Assembly (NCBI RefSeq): GCF_006345805.1
Contig: NC_043006.1
Coordinates: 29,574,001-29,638,000, forward strand
Direction of reading: 5' to 3'
DNA from: Octopus sinensis
Taxonomy: Eukaryota
Length of the DNA: 64,000 nt
Within the stretch, counting starts at the first letter, position 1; each line of letters starts with the position of its first letter. Of the stretch, positions 38,804 through 52,269 are shown one piece after another. The notes below the pieces were generated by a model, which was not told the DNA's origin, searched no databases, and saw nothing but the letters and a program-made list of their open reading frames with translations. A program made the position numbers and the translations under genes.

Positions 38804-38846
<43 letters not shown>

Positions 38847-39355
38847 CAGTGATATAAATAGTGCCATATAGTTTATAACACTGTTTTAATAATATACTCT
38901 CTATATTACCTTATAACAACTGTGCTCTTTTTTTTCCTGACTTATGAACCCTCCTCAAACAAATATGTATGTGTATATGTGGGTGTATGTGTGAGTGTGT
39001 GTATAAAAACTTATACTTCTGTTTGTATGTTTCTTTATATAATGCTCCAATGGAATGATTCTACTTTAAATATTTATTGCATTCTTCCATTGCTTTTCCA
39101 CGTCTGAGTCTCAAGGAACAGTTTTTGCTCCGATGCTTTTGCAACTGGTTTTCACTGAACTTGTTCATATGCTGACATTTCATACCCAATGACCACATGC
39201 AAGCCTTTCTTCTCCACTTGCTACGTATCTTCAAAAATACACTGTTTATGAATCATTGAGGCACATTTCTTACATACAACTTATATAATGTTCTTTTAGT
39301 ATACAAAGAACTCTTTTGCTTTCACCTGAGTTCTCAGTTTTGTTCACTGACTGTC

Positions 39356-39594
39356 AAGCTCTATCTGCGACGATTTCATCTCAATTGAAGGAGAGGGGCT
39401 TTCTCCGTCCGGGTTGCAGATCAGTGGAATAAGCTGCCGGACGAGATAGTGAAGATGCTGACGACCGCTCGGTTCAAAGTCTCTCTTGACCAGAAATGGC
39501 CTGAACTCTTTGCATGAACACCACCCTGTACATAACTTCATGTTCCCCTACATGGCCTTGCTTTTGCTTTTTGAGCCAAAAAATTAATTTAACT
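39356..39594 (+). mobile_element. CR1-clade LINE 3' end, same family as 9222-9612
   Basis: Near-identical to 9362-9612. Confidence 0.92.
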
Positions 39595-40589
39595 GAAGTT
39601 AAATTAATCTCCCACACTAATTATGTCACTAAATAAAGTAATTCATCAACTATAAGCTAACAGGAAAGCTTCTATGGAGTTGCCCAATATGCTAGAAAAT
39701 ACAACTAAATCTCTTTTAAACAACTTGGTTTGAATTATCAATTGTAAACTGGAAAAAGTAAGCCTTAGTCAAAAGAGCTATGGATAAAATATTCGCTATT
39801 TTAAATAAGGAAAAGAAACATTAGATAATATAGTCATAGACACTTTTTTTTAAAAGACAGGATGGTCATGGCTGGAACAGGAGTACTTTTCATCATGGGT
39901 CTACGCAACAACATCAATAACTTGTCTACTTATTTTCATTGAATCATTCAAGCAGGTTTTTAGTTATTGGATCAGGGTCCTTCATTGATATCTAGGCCAG
40001 TGCCCCTGCTGTTACTCACAGTCAACTATTTGACTACTTTCCACCCCCACCCCACCCCACCCATTCCATTCCTAAATAATAAGCAAGGCCACTGTTTGAG
40101 TTTACTTTTCCTTCAGTTTCAAACTTCTCCTGTAGTTTCCATTTCCAACACAGAGTCCAGTCTAAAGCAAGTCATTAACATTGCACAGTGCCCCCTGGGC
40201 AACAAATGCTGAACTTCAGAGAAAGTGAGGAAGCAGACAAAAGAACAAGAAGAAAGAGAAAACAACAACAAGATGACAAATAAAAAAGAACCCCCCCCCC
40301 ACCAGGAAATAAAAGAGAAAGAAAGTAAAATGGGTGAAGAAAAAGAAAACAAAAAAAGAAAGAAAAAAATGATGAAAAAATACAGGAAAGAAGAAGCTTA
40401 GACTAAAACTAAACAAATATTTAGTTTTGTTTCATTCTTTTTCTTTTACATAACACAAAAGGAAAATCATAAATAAGAACATCAAGTACAAGAATAATTC
40501 TTCTGTACTTGGAAGATATGAAAGCATTTGAAAAAAAAATATGAACAAGAGCCTTGAGAGAGAGAGAGAGAGGGGGGAGAGAGAGAGGG

Positions 40590-40624
<35 letters not shown>

Positions 40625-42769
40625 GGGAAGGAAAACAAAAAGTAGAAAGAAAATAAGAAAATTATTTGACATGTTTAAAAGGAATGAGTCCAAACAGCAG
40701 AATGAAGTTTGTAGTTGGAGGAATATAGGAAGGAGTTTGCATGGATTGTTTGGTTGGAGATTATGAATATATTTGCATTGCTCTCTTTAATGATAGCACT
40801 AAGTATTCACTGAGAAGGAAAACGAAAAGAGAAAAGGGGAAATTAGGAGAAGGGAAAAATGTAGAGAAAAGCAATTGTGGTGTATATGTGTCCGGCATAG
40901 ATGTGACTGTGAATATAATAAAAGTGACACACGCACACACACACACATATATATATATATTCTTCTACTTGCTTCAGTCATTTGATTGTGGCCATGCTGG
41001 AGCACCGCCTTTCATATATATGTATGCATGTGTGAGTGTCTATGTACTTGAGAAGCAAGGGTGAAGGCTTATTGATAAAAGAGAACATGAAAAAAATTAG
41101 TGAAAAATGAAGGCAGAGAAATCAGAATAAACAATGTTGAAATGAGAATAAGTGAATTGTAATGCATCCTAGGATGGTGTGTTTCCAGAGAGAAACGTCA
41201 GTTTTGAGAAAAAGCTTTTCATGGATTTAGAAAGAGACTTGTTAGTGCACGTATATACACTCACGCTTTCTTTTGCTCACATAGTTTCTATTACGTTCAA
41301 CAGATAAATTTGTTTCTTTTAAAAATTTATTTTCATTTCAATAACTCGCTACAAAAAGGAAAGATTATATAAGGCCAGAAGTCATCAATAGTTATCAATG
41401 TCATTGCTATAAAGGAAGTGATCAGCAAAAAAAAAAATTAAATTCTTGGATATGAGACAAACCCAATGAAATATATATATACATCAAGCTCACCCTCTTG
41501 TGCCTCGTCTTTGCTCTGGCACCTCATCACTACCATCATTATCTTCATCTTCTTCCCAGTCACTTCCACATTCCCTTATCTACTGCCGGGTAGCCATGTA
41601 TCTCCTCCATAGCAAGACACTTGTGCTTATCCCTGTCATGCTTTAGCCTTTCAAGACTTGGCATAAAGCCACCTCAACCCTGCAAATACTACCCCCTTCC
41701 TCATTTAGAAGAGCTTTTTCCTTTATCCCTGTTCTCCTTCAATGTCTTGCAAGTTATTTGGTGCCAGAAAAACAGGCAACCAGTACATACTGTAAGGTGG
41801 TTGGCATTAGGAAGGACATCCACCTGTAGATGACATGCCAAAGCTGACACAGCCCTGCAGTTTGTTGGATCCTGTCAAACAAGCCGTTTCAGGGATATAA
41901 AAGATATCCCATCATCAGAGATGATATGAGAGAGTTGAACAGAAAGAAATAGTAGAGGTCAATATAAGAAATTATTTTGGAAAGGGAGAGATATTGAAAG
42001 TATAAAAATAAAAATATATGTTGGATGTTAAAGTTCTATTATCCAAAGAATGTGCTGCATAGAATGAGTAAAAAGGCTTCCCATCCTTGGCATGTAAATT
42101 CCGATAGGAGTTGATATTTTGTTATTATCCAATTGTAACAACAAAATATGAACTTCTATCAGAATTTACATACCATGGACAAGAAGCCTTTTTACTCATT
42201 CTACACAGCACATTCCTCAGATAATGGAACAGCAACTTTAACATCCAACATATATTTTATTCTTATACTTCCTATGCTGGACCACTGAAATCTACAAGTT
42301 TTTTCATACTCTTGCTGTTTATTTTCTTTTATATTCCTTTCTGCTGAAGAGCATAGGTTCGAAACATAAAAGACTTCTTCATTTTCCCAACCATCAAACT
42401 AATATACTTGCTTGTTGTTCATAGACCTGTCTTCGTCTTCCATTTTTCTATAAATTTCAACTACATTTATCATCATCATCATCCATCATTTTAAATCCAA
42501 GTTTTGTCCCCGATAATGGGGGTGGCCAGATCTACCTCAATGCCATAGCAACCACCCCCGCACCATCTCGCCTGGTTTTGGGTGTCCTCCCCTATCAAGC
42601 CATCCCTCCAAATCTTCACCTCTACCTGTCCACTCCACATTTTCCTCAGTCTACATTGCTTTCACTGCCCATTTATCTCAAACTCTAGCACCCTCTTCAG
42701 AACATGCTCCTTGTACCTCCTCAACACATACCCATACCACCACACTCCATTCGCCCTGGTGTCTGCATG

Positions 42770-43860
42770 ATACCAGAATCTGCCATGACTGCAATTTTAC
42801 TTGGTTTGATGGGTCTTCTTCTCAAGCATGGCATAATGTGAAGGTCTTAGTCATTCGTCATTGCCTCTGTGAGGCCCAACACTTGTAAGGAGCTTTTCAC
42901 ATGCCACCAACATCAGCCACTTTGCCTCCATGAGGCCCAACACTCGGAAGGCACTTTTTACAGGCCAGTTACGTGACATCAGCATTGACCACGACTACAA
43001 TTTCACATGGCTTGACAGGTTTTTGTCACTAGTTATTGCCTCTGTGAGGCCCAAAGTTTGATGATTGTGCTTCACCACCTCATCCCATGTTTTACTGGAT
43101 CTACCTCTACCACAGGCTTCCTTCACAGTTAGAGACATGCACATCACAAGACCATACCAGCACAGTCGTCTCTCTTGCACACCTCTTATACCCAACTTTT
43201 CTCTCAAGAGGCTTACACTCTGTCAAACATGCCCATTGGCATTGCACATCCAGTGAAGCATACTGGCTTTGTTTCTTTCAAGCCTATACATGTCTTCGAC
43301 TGTCACAGCCCATATTCCACTGCCATGTAGCATAGATGTTTACACACAGGCATCATACAATCTGCCTTTCGCTCTGAGGGAGGCCCTTTGTTGCCAGCAG
43401 AGGTAGGAGCTCTCTGAACTTTGCCTAGCCCTGGTGTATCCACTTCCACTACTAACTTGGTCACTTAAATAGCAGAAGCTATCTACCACCTCTAGCTTAC
43501 CCCCCTGGCAGTTGATGGAGTTTACTTTCTGTACATTTTTGGTGTCTATTGTTCTTGTGTATCTTCCACACACAAAAGCTATTTTCCCTGTTAACCTTCC
43601 TCTGATATTTCTGCACCTCCTATGTATCCATAGCTTGCAACAGGTACATCTTAAGGAGTTTCTACCTACGCCTTTTCTACAGATCAAACAGGGCCATCTA
43701 CCCGAAGGTATTTGTAATTTGTCTGCCTTCCTACTTACTAAGACTTTGGCTTTTGCTTGGTTAACTCTAAGGCCCTTCAATTCTAGACCTTGCTTCCATA
43801 CCTGAAACTCCTTCTCTAATTCTGGTTGTGATTCAGCTATAAGAACAAGGTAGTGGAACG
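42770..43860 (-). mobile_element. RTE-clade LINE ORF2 3' half with internal Cys/His finger, plus partial 3' UTR
   Basis: ORF 43340..43879 (LVLIAES...CLICRKGVGRNSLRCTCCKLWIHRRC...FVCGR...FCYLSDQ) and ORF 42995..43207 (RRLCWYG...GRGRSSKTW). Confidence 0.9.
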
Positions 43861-44689
43861 ATGCTGTAGACAAGGCCATTAGAGCAAAGAAACAGGTGTG
43901 GACGATGAGGGGTAGCAGGAAACTGTATCAGATCTGGCTGAAACTGCCAGATCCTGTGATTTTGATCTGCCCAGTCTCTTCAGTGGCAGAACAACAGTCT
44001 TTTTTTTTTTTTTAATAAGCCTGCTAGTTATTTGTGACATCAGTGCCTGTAAAAAGACTGAAATTCTAGGTATCATTGACAGTGAGAATCAACTGCTATG
44101 CCACTTGCAGCTGTCTGCCACTGAAGAGACCAGGCTGGTCAAAATCACACACTCTGGCAATTCCAGCACCCACAACAGATGATTCTCATCTGTCAACAAC
44201 ATAAACAGGAGTACTTTTATGCACCATATGAGAAGTCCTTTCAAGGTGAATAATGCAGTATTTACTAACAAAATATCCCAGTTAATTGGATATACAGATT
44301 CAACTCTTCTTCTTTTAAGTATTAAACTAACACAAAATTTGTTTAAACTTGTCCTCCTAGTGTTATCTTCTTTCTTTCTGTGTTCACTGCTTTCATAATA
44401 TATGTGTCTTACACGCACGCACACACGCACACAGCAGAATTGTGTACCAAGCATTCCCCCACGTGTTTTCCATTTCTTAATTATTTAGAAATTGTTGTTC
44501 AGAATTCTGTGCTTTAAACATTGGCCATTTTTGTACATTATCTTTTTGAAATATATTTAATATAAAGGCAGAGACAGTTGATTAATAATGTCATTTAATA
44601 ACTGCACTCTGCTTATTTTAATCATTGCCATCATTAGAAACATTTAATTAACATATTAACAAGAGTATTTGAAAATAAAACATTTTAGT

Positions 44690-45490
44690 TCCTCATCATG
44701 TCCAGAGCAAGTGAAAGTATATGCTGAGGGATCAGATGAAATTTGATATTTTTTATGCCACCACTTTTCAAAACCAGCTTGATGTATTGGTGAACAGTCA
44801 ATGGTGTCATTGGAGAGCATAATGGCTAAAGTTATAGTTGTGAAAAAGTTAGCAAACATGGAAGACTGGAAGCCATCTGAATATTGGAAAAGGGCTACCT
44901 GTATCATGATGATTTGTGTTGAGTATTAAAATGCCAACATCATTTACTGCTGCCCAATGCTCTGTAAACACTGCAAAAGCTGTAAGACACAACATAGACA
45001 TCATGAAAACCAAGTTCCCCACACTGTGATGGTCTTTGGGTATGTCATCAGTGAGTGTGCATCGTAGCACCACTTCACGTCTTTGGACAGGGCCTTAAGC
45101 TCAGTCCAGATGGCTATGTAAAGCTGCAGGAACCTGTGGTCAAACTCTGTCTGCAGAGGATTGCTGCTGGAAAGCCATATGTGTGGCAGCAGGATTTGGC
45201 ACCTTGCTATACCTCCAGAAAAAGTCGGAAGTGTTTGTCAGAGAATTTCTATTACTTCACCAATCCCCAATTTCTGGCCTTCTAATTCCACTGACTGTAA
45301 TCCATGGATTACTGTGTGACGGGTACAGTTGAGTGAGAAAGACACCAACTACTCTGCCTGCAACATCAAGGCCAAGCAGATGATCAAGATCAGGGTGTTC
45401 AAAGACCTTCCCAGGGACACAGTGAGCTGTCTTGAGGCCACAGTGGAAGCTGAGGGTAGCTACTTTGAGTAAACTATTATCTTCCAGCCA
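44690..45490 (+). mobile_element. Tc1/mariner DD37D (maT)-type transposase relic
   Basis: TVMVFG...PLHVFGQGLKLSPDGYVKLQEPVVK...AAGKPYVWQQDLAPCYTSRKS...DCNPWIT, then a C-terminus shared with the 7480 copy. Confidence 0.85.
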
Positions 45491-46395
45491 TAATTTAGTT
45501 GATTGGCAATGGAAAAATACTTAATATTTTTGACCTTGAAACCGCTACTTTTGACAAAGGGGATATTTTCACTATAATAGGGACCTGACTATGAAGAGGC
45601 ACCAACATTTCTTATCATTAAAATATGTGATTGAATTATGAGTCAAAACCAGAAACATCATCATTTAATGTCCATTTTCCATTCTTGCATTGGTAGGATG
45701 GTTTGAGAGGAACTTGCAGTCAAAAGACTACACTAAGTTCTACTGTCTTCCATGGCATGATTTCTACAACTGGATGCCATTCCTAATGTTAACCATTCTA
45801 CAAAGTGTATTGGGTGCTTTTTATGTGGCACCAGTTGTAGAATATGATTTAGTCGAAAGTTTTCAGTAGGGAAGAAAACAGAGAACAAATTTCGATCTCT
45901 CTCTCTCTCTTACACATACACACACTCTCTCTCTCTCTCTTTCTCACACACACTCTCAGCAGAAATAACCATAACAACACTGCCAATAATAGCTCAGTGA
46001 TGTTCAATCCAGCATAATGTAAACACACACACACACACATACACACACTCACACAGACACACAGCATCATCCTTCCATTCTCTATGTTTTATAGGTCTTA
46101 GTTGAGACCATTCCATCATTTTCTTCCAAATATAGTCTATAACAACATCTAATGTCCTTCCTTATTTTTTAAAGACAGGTGTGAGTTGAAAAATTTTAGC
46201 TGGTGTCTCTAGCAAATAGAACAACCACATAGTGGATCACTTTTTAGCTTGCAGAATACTTAATATTCTAAATAGGAGAGATTGGCAGTTAAGTTTCTTA
46301 ACAACAGACAATTCAAAACAGAAATAATAAGATACAAATCACAGGCTCCTTAACGACTCCAGTATATTATCACCTTGTGTGTGTGTGTGTGTGTG

Positions 46396-46434
<39 letters not shown>

Positions 46435-46781
46435 GTGTGTGTGTGTGTGTGTATGTGTGTGTGAGCATGCCAATGCATGTGTGTACATGCACAATGTTAT
46501 AAACACACTAACGAGGGAATGTACAGCAATGACTGCTTAATACCAAACTCAGCAAGATGTGTAAGTACATGTCTCAAATATGTGAGATGAATAAATAAAC
46601 AAATAAAAATAAATCTTTTTACAACAGGTCACTACTTGCAACTTTACAACATTCTCTAAAGGCCTTCACTTTCTAGTCTCAAAAACACCTGAATTGTTTT
46701 TCTTTATTATTTTGATATGGAAAAAAAAAATGAAAATTAGATCTATACCCCGCCTCTCTCTTTCTCCATCTCTCTCTCACT

Positions 46782-46812
<31 letters not shown>

Positions 46813-47792
46813 TGGTCAGATGATACAGATAAAAAAAATGAAGCATAATGAACAAAACACTGCTAAGAGAAAATAACTGCCTGAAAAACAAGCAACCTTG
46901 AGAAGCCACAATAGTCTGCACAAATTAATTAATCTGATGGAGGGTTTTTAACAAGTAGAAGAGGCAGCCAGGTTTGGTATTCATGTAAAAATAAAAAAAA
47001 GGTGGGTCAACTGCCAGATTCTGTGTTGGTTGATTAAATGTTTTCTCCTAGTCGCTGGCCAAGTTTGTTGGCAGCAAGATCAGAATCTGTCTGAACATGA
47101 ATAGAAAACAGTGTTATTATTGTCAATAGATCTCTGTCATTTGAGACAAGTTAATCTTTGCAATAATGGCTTTCGTAACAGCCCCCAACCCCCCACTGCC
47201 AGCTTTATTAGTTTGACTTTATTGTTTATATAACTGACAACATCCACATGGGGCACGCTACTACAAACAAGGATTGGCCCAGAATAACTTCCTATAAAGA
47301 GTGTGTGTATGTGTGTGTGTACAGGCTATTTATCTTTCTACCAATTGCCACCCCTCCTCCTCACACGAGTGTCTGTGGGCGCTCTTTTATTCTTTTCTCT
47401 CACCTGTTTCAGTCGGTGGACTGCAGCCAAGCTGGAGCACAACTTAGAAGGGTTTTATTGACCCTAATACTTATTTTTGATTCTACTACTTATTCTATCA
47501 ACACCATTTTGATGAACTGCTAAGATAAAGGGACACAAACATCAGATGTCAAGCAGTAAGAGATAAAAACAAGGCCCGGCTGTGCACATATGCATAATCT
47601 ATATTATACACACATGCACACATATATACACATTATATACACATAAACATACATGCATACATATTAAATATATATATCATCATCATCGTCGTTGTTTAAT
47701 GGCCACTTTGGACTAGTGTCTTCAGATATAGCCATAGGCCAACAAAAGCTTTACAAGTGGATACAGTAGGCAGAAACTGAAAGAAACCCATC

Positions 47793-47826
<34 letters not shown>

Positions 47827-48158
47827 GTCTCTCAACATGGGTTGGACGGTTTGACTGAAGGCTGGCAAGTCAGAAGGCTGTACCAGGCTCCAATCTGATC
47901 TGGCAAAGTTTCTACAGCTGGATGCCCTTCCTAACACCAACCACTCTGAGTGTGTAGTGGGTGCTTTTTACATGTCACTGGCACGAGGGTCAGTCAGGCA
48001 AAAAGAGTGAGTGTGTGCTAAGAAGTTCGATTCCAAACTAAATGGTTCTGCATTCAGTTCCACTGAGTGGCACCTTGGACCAGTGTCTTCAGATATAGCC
48101 ATAGGCCAACAAAAGCTTTACAAGTGGATACAGTAGGCAGAAACTGAAAGAAACCCAT

Positions 48159-48198
<40 letters not shown>

Positions 48199-50989
48199 CA
48201 TGTGTGTGTGTGTGTCTCTTTCAATGTTTCTGCTTGAAAACCAGTGTTGGTTTGTTTACATCCCCATGACTTAGCAGTCTAGCGTAAGAGAACAATAGAA
48301 TAAGTACCAGGATTTAAAAAACATAGGTACTGAGATCGATTCATTCAGCTAAAAACCTTCATGGCAGTGCTCCAGCATGGCAACAGTCCAATCACTAAAA
48401 TAACTAAAAAAAAATGATTAAATATATATATATATATACCCAGTGAACACTCATTAAACCAGACTCCAATAAGCTACATATCAAATAAATGAGATGAATC
48501 TAATTTAAGAATAACTTTCAATGCAGATTTCTGGTGCCATCTTTGAGTGTTCTGGTGGTGTATATTCTGGGTTAGGGTTCTGCCATTTTTGTTAAGTGCT
48601 ACACACTCAGCATATTGATAAAAGAAACACATGGTACATCTAACTCATTGTTTTCTATGCCATGAAATGCAACATGGATTTTATGTGCATATCAATGTAA
48701 TATCTATGTTAACCAACATTGTGTATGGAGCATTGTAGTTACACCAATCATGCACCATCCGAACGTGGTCGATGCCAGTCCCCTTGCCCTGAAAGGCTCC
48801 TCTGCCGGTAGCACATAAAAAGCACCAGCCTGATGTAGACGATGCCAGTGCCACCTGACTGGCTCCTGCACCAGTGGAACGTAAAAAGCACCATCTGAAC
48901 ATGGTCAGTGCCAGCCCCCACCCCCTTGCGTCGATTTGCTCCTGTGCCGGTGGCACATAAAAAGCACCCACTACACTCTCACAGTGGTTGGCATTAGAAA
49001 GAGCATCCAGCTGTAGAAACATTGCCAGATCAGATTGGAGCCTGGTGCAGCCCCCTTGCTTGCCAGACCCCAGTCCAACCGTCCAACCCATGCCAGCATA
49101 GAAAACGGACATTAAACGATATGATGATGATGATAATATATCTGGGGTCTGGCAAGCAAGGGGGCCGCACCAGGCTCCAATCTGATCTGGCAATGTTTCT
49201 ACAGCTGGATGCTCTTTCTAATGCCAACCACTCTGAGAGTGTAGTGGGAGCTTTTTATGTGCCACCGGCACAGGAGCAAAGTTGCTGCCATCCTATAGAA
49301 CAATGACATTTAAGTTTGATTTGATTTTTTTTCAACTAAGACCAATAAAAAATCTTTCTCTTTAAATTTTCAAACAAGATCTCCACTTATTTGCTGGGGT
49401 TGTTCTATTTATTTTTTGGAAATTCATTCTGCTATCTTCATTGACTCATAATGTCCAAATGTTCATTTATTCAGATGATTCGTCTGGCATTTCAACAATC
49501 ATAAGAAATTTCCATGCTACTTTTGCATGATGTGGTCTACTGCATTATTTGTAGCCTATGCTGTGAAATGACCAGAACTGGGTTGGGTCTAAGGCTTGAG
49601 TAAGGAACATTTTGAAATGACAGATTCAGAGGGCCAAAGGGTGTTAGTGCCTCCTCATGTCTATACAAGAAATGTTGTTCTTCATGATTAACTTCAGCAG
49701 TGACTCATATCTGTGTAACATTATGGGAATGATAAATACAATTTTCTTATTTTCCTGTTATTTTGGTGTTTTTATTTACATCCTCATCCTCTAATTATCA
49801 ACTTTCATTGGGTAACATTTTCAACAATAGCTCTGCCATTATTTATGTCTCAGGAACCCAAGTACTGATTAGAAAACAATAAAAGAGACTGAAACATCAG
49901 GGGATTAATAGAGGAAACAAAGGAAGATGGAAGACCACAAGGAAAACAAGCAGAAAAGACAAAAGAATAAGATGAAGAGTGGATAGTGAAGAAAAAGTCA
50001 TAGAAAAAGCTACTTTTGCTACTAATATAATGATTTTTTTTATTTTCTTTTTTATAAGAAAATTAGGTGAGAAAATGAGATGAAAATTACAAAAATACAA
50101 CAGGAATAAGGGAAGATAGTAATGGAGAGCTTTGAAGAAAATGGTAAGATGAACTTGAATTTTGTTGGAGGTATTTAGTGAGCCATGTTAAGTAAATAAG
50201 GAATGCAGTGAATGGCTATGTCTTCAAGTGCGGAGAAGTTTTTATATAGGTGTTGTAAAAAGATAAAACAAGAAAATCAATGTTAATAATAGCGAGACAG
50301 GAAATATTTGTTTTATTATTGGCAGAATTTTGCAAGTGCAGCAAAAAATTTGGAAAAAGAATAAAGAATGAGTGGAGGTGGGAGGGTAGGCAAGTGTGAA
50401 GGGAGTTGGAGAATGCACTTGAGAAATAGATTTACAAGAAATCTAGTCTTGTATAAGGTTACATATTACCAAAAACAACACTAAATAAAAGGCTTTGGAA
50501 TATAGAGAAAAAGAAAAACATTCTCATAAAAGACAATGATGAGAAAATCGTTAACATTACAACAATAAAGGATAGTTCTGCAGTATGGGAAAATGTAAAA
50601 AAGAGGAATAAAATATTAACTCATTTTCTTTTACACTTTATAACATATTCAGTAATGAATGAGATGTAGGAACTATAAGCATAAATACTTGCATGGTCTC
50701 CAAGAGTTATTGCATGTGTGTGTGTGTGCATGCATGCGCACACATCTGCACAAACACATTTATATAAAAGAGTGCTTATTGCTTTATCAGAGTTTCAAAT
50801 ATTATAGATAAGACATACATAATAATGGACATATTTATTATCAGATGAATATTTTTTATTCAAATGCAAAAAAAAAAAATTGATGTGCAAGCAGTTGTGT
50901 GTGTGTGTGTGTGTGTGTAGCCAAGGTCTAAACAGATCGCTCTTCTCAGAAATAAAATTGCAACAATATACACTTATGACCCACAAGCT

Positions 50990-52130
50990 ATTCAACACCT
51001 TTTCCACTCAGTCATAGATAAAAGCAACATTGATATTTAATGAATGCATGAGTAGAAGTCGAGTCAGTACAAGGACAAAGCCTGGCTTTATATTGCTGCC
51101 AATGAAGAAGGGCTTGGAGAGGTTACTGCTGTACCTGACCTGTCCCTGTTGGTTTTCATGCAACTAGATGACCATGCTGAGGAATTTAGGAAGGCATCCA
51201 AGATGTTCATAGATTTGTCACAGACTTTTTCTACTTTGGTGAGGCCATCAAGAGTGATGTAAAGTCCTTTGATCTGCTCTTTGCATTTCACTTGGAGCTA
51301 CCTGAGAACAAAGACTCTGCTGGGTGCTCCCGTTTGTTCTAAAATCAAATGGGGATTCTGGGAAGTTTTCAGTTCTCTTCTGTAATGGTAAGCATTAGTC
51401 TGTTGAGGAGCACTCTGGCAAGGGAAGACCCTGACAGTGAAGATAGCATCTACATTCAGTACTGTATTGATGGCAGTCTTTTTAACCTGAAGTGCCTGCC
51501 AAAACACTGGAACCCATCCACGAGTTAATTTTCACGGGTGACTGCACTGACAACCCAGAATCCTGGACTAGAATTCAATTTAAAGAAAGAAAAGTCTTCC
51601 ATACCACAGCAGGAACACCACCACCAGAGAGGCTGAACAAAAGTCAGTCAGTCAGTTCACTCACCAAAATCAACAAGGAAGTTGACAACAGATTGGTCAA
51701 GGTAAATAGTGCCTTCAGCTAACTCTACAAAAGAATCTGAAACAAGAACTGAGTAAAGGGACCAAGATCAGTGTGTACAGAACTATCATTCTGATCAGCT
51801 CAAGAGTCATGGGTCATCTATTAGCATGACTCTTTGAGCAATTCTATCAGGGCTGCCTTTGCATTCTCCTCAGTATCCACTACAGTGACTTTGTCATTAA
51901 CATCAAGCTCCCAGAGCAGGTGAAGATCACCAGCATCAAAACAACGATGCTGAAGACACAGAGCTGAAGATGCTAGTCAGGACACAGCACCAGGATAAAG
52001 AATCATCAACTTCCCATGATCATGCTGTATGGCAAATTCTATTCTGGTTGCCATGATAGAAGAACACCAAAGAAGAGGGCTAGGGACACCCTAGAGAAAT
52101 TCCTCAGCACCTGCTACATTGGCTATGACC
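50990..52130 (+). mobile_element. Old RTE-clade LINE ORF2 relic (third RTE family)
   Basis: EDPDSEDSIYIQYCIDGSLFNLKCL, KINKEVDNRLVKVNSAF and MLYGKFYSGCHDRRTPKKR; many indels. Confidence 0.8.
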
Positions 52131-52269
52131 ACTGGTCTGTTCATGTTGCTGATCATGTTGATCTGCTTTCAATCGCTCGGGGTTATCAAGTTTCTTCTGC
52201 AGGATCGATACCACTGAGTCTGGATTGTCTACCTTCCTCCAGAGCCAGATGTTTCAACAAAACCATTTC

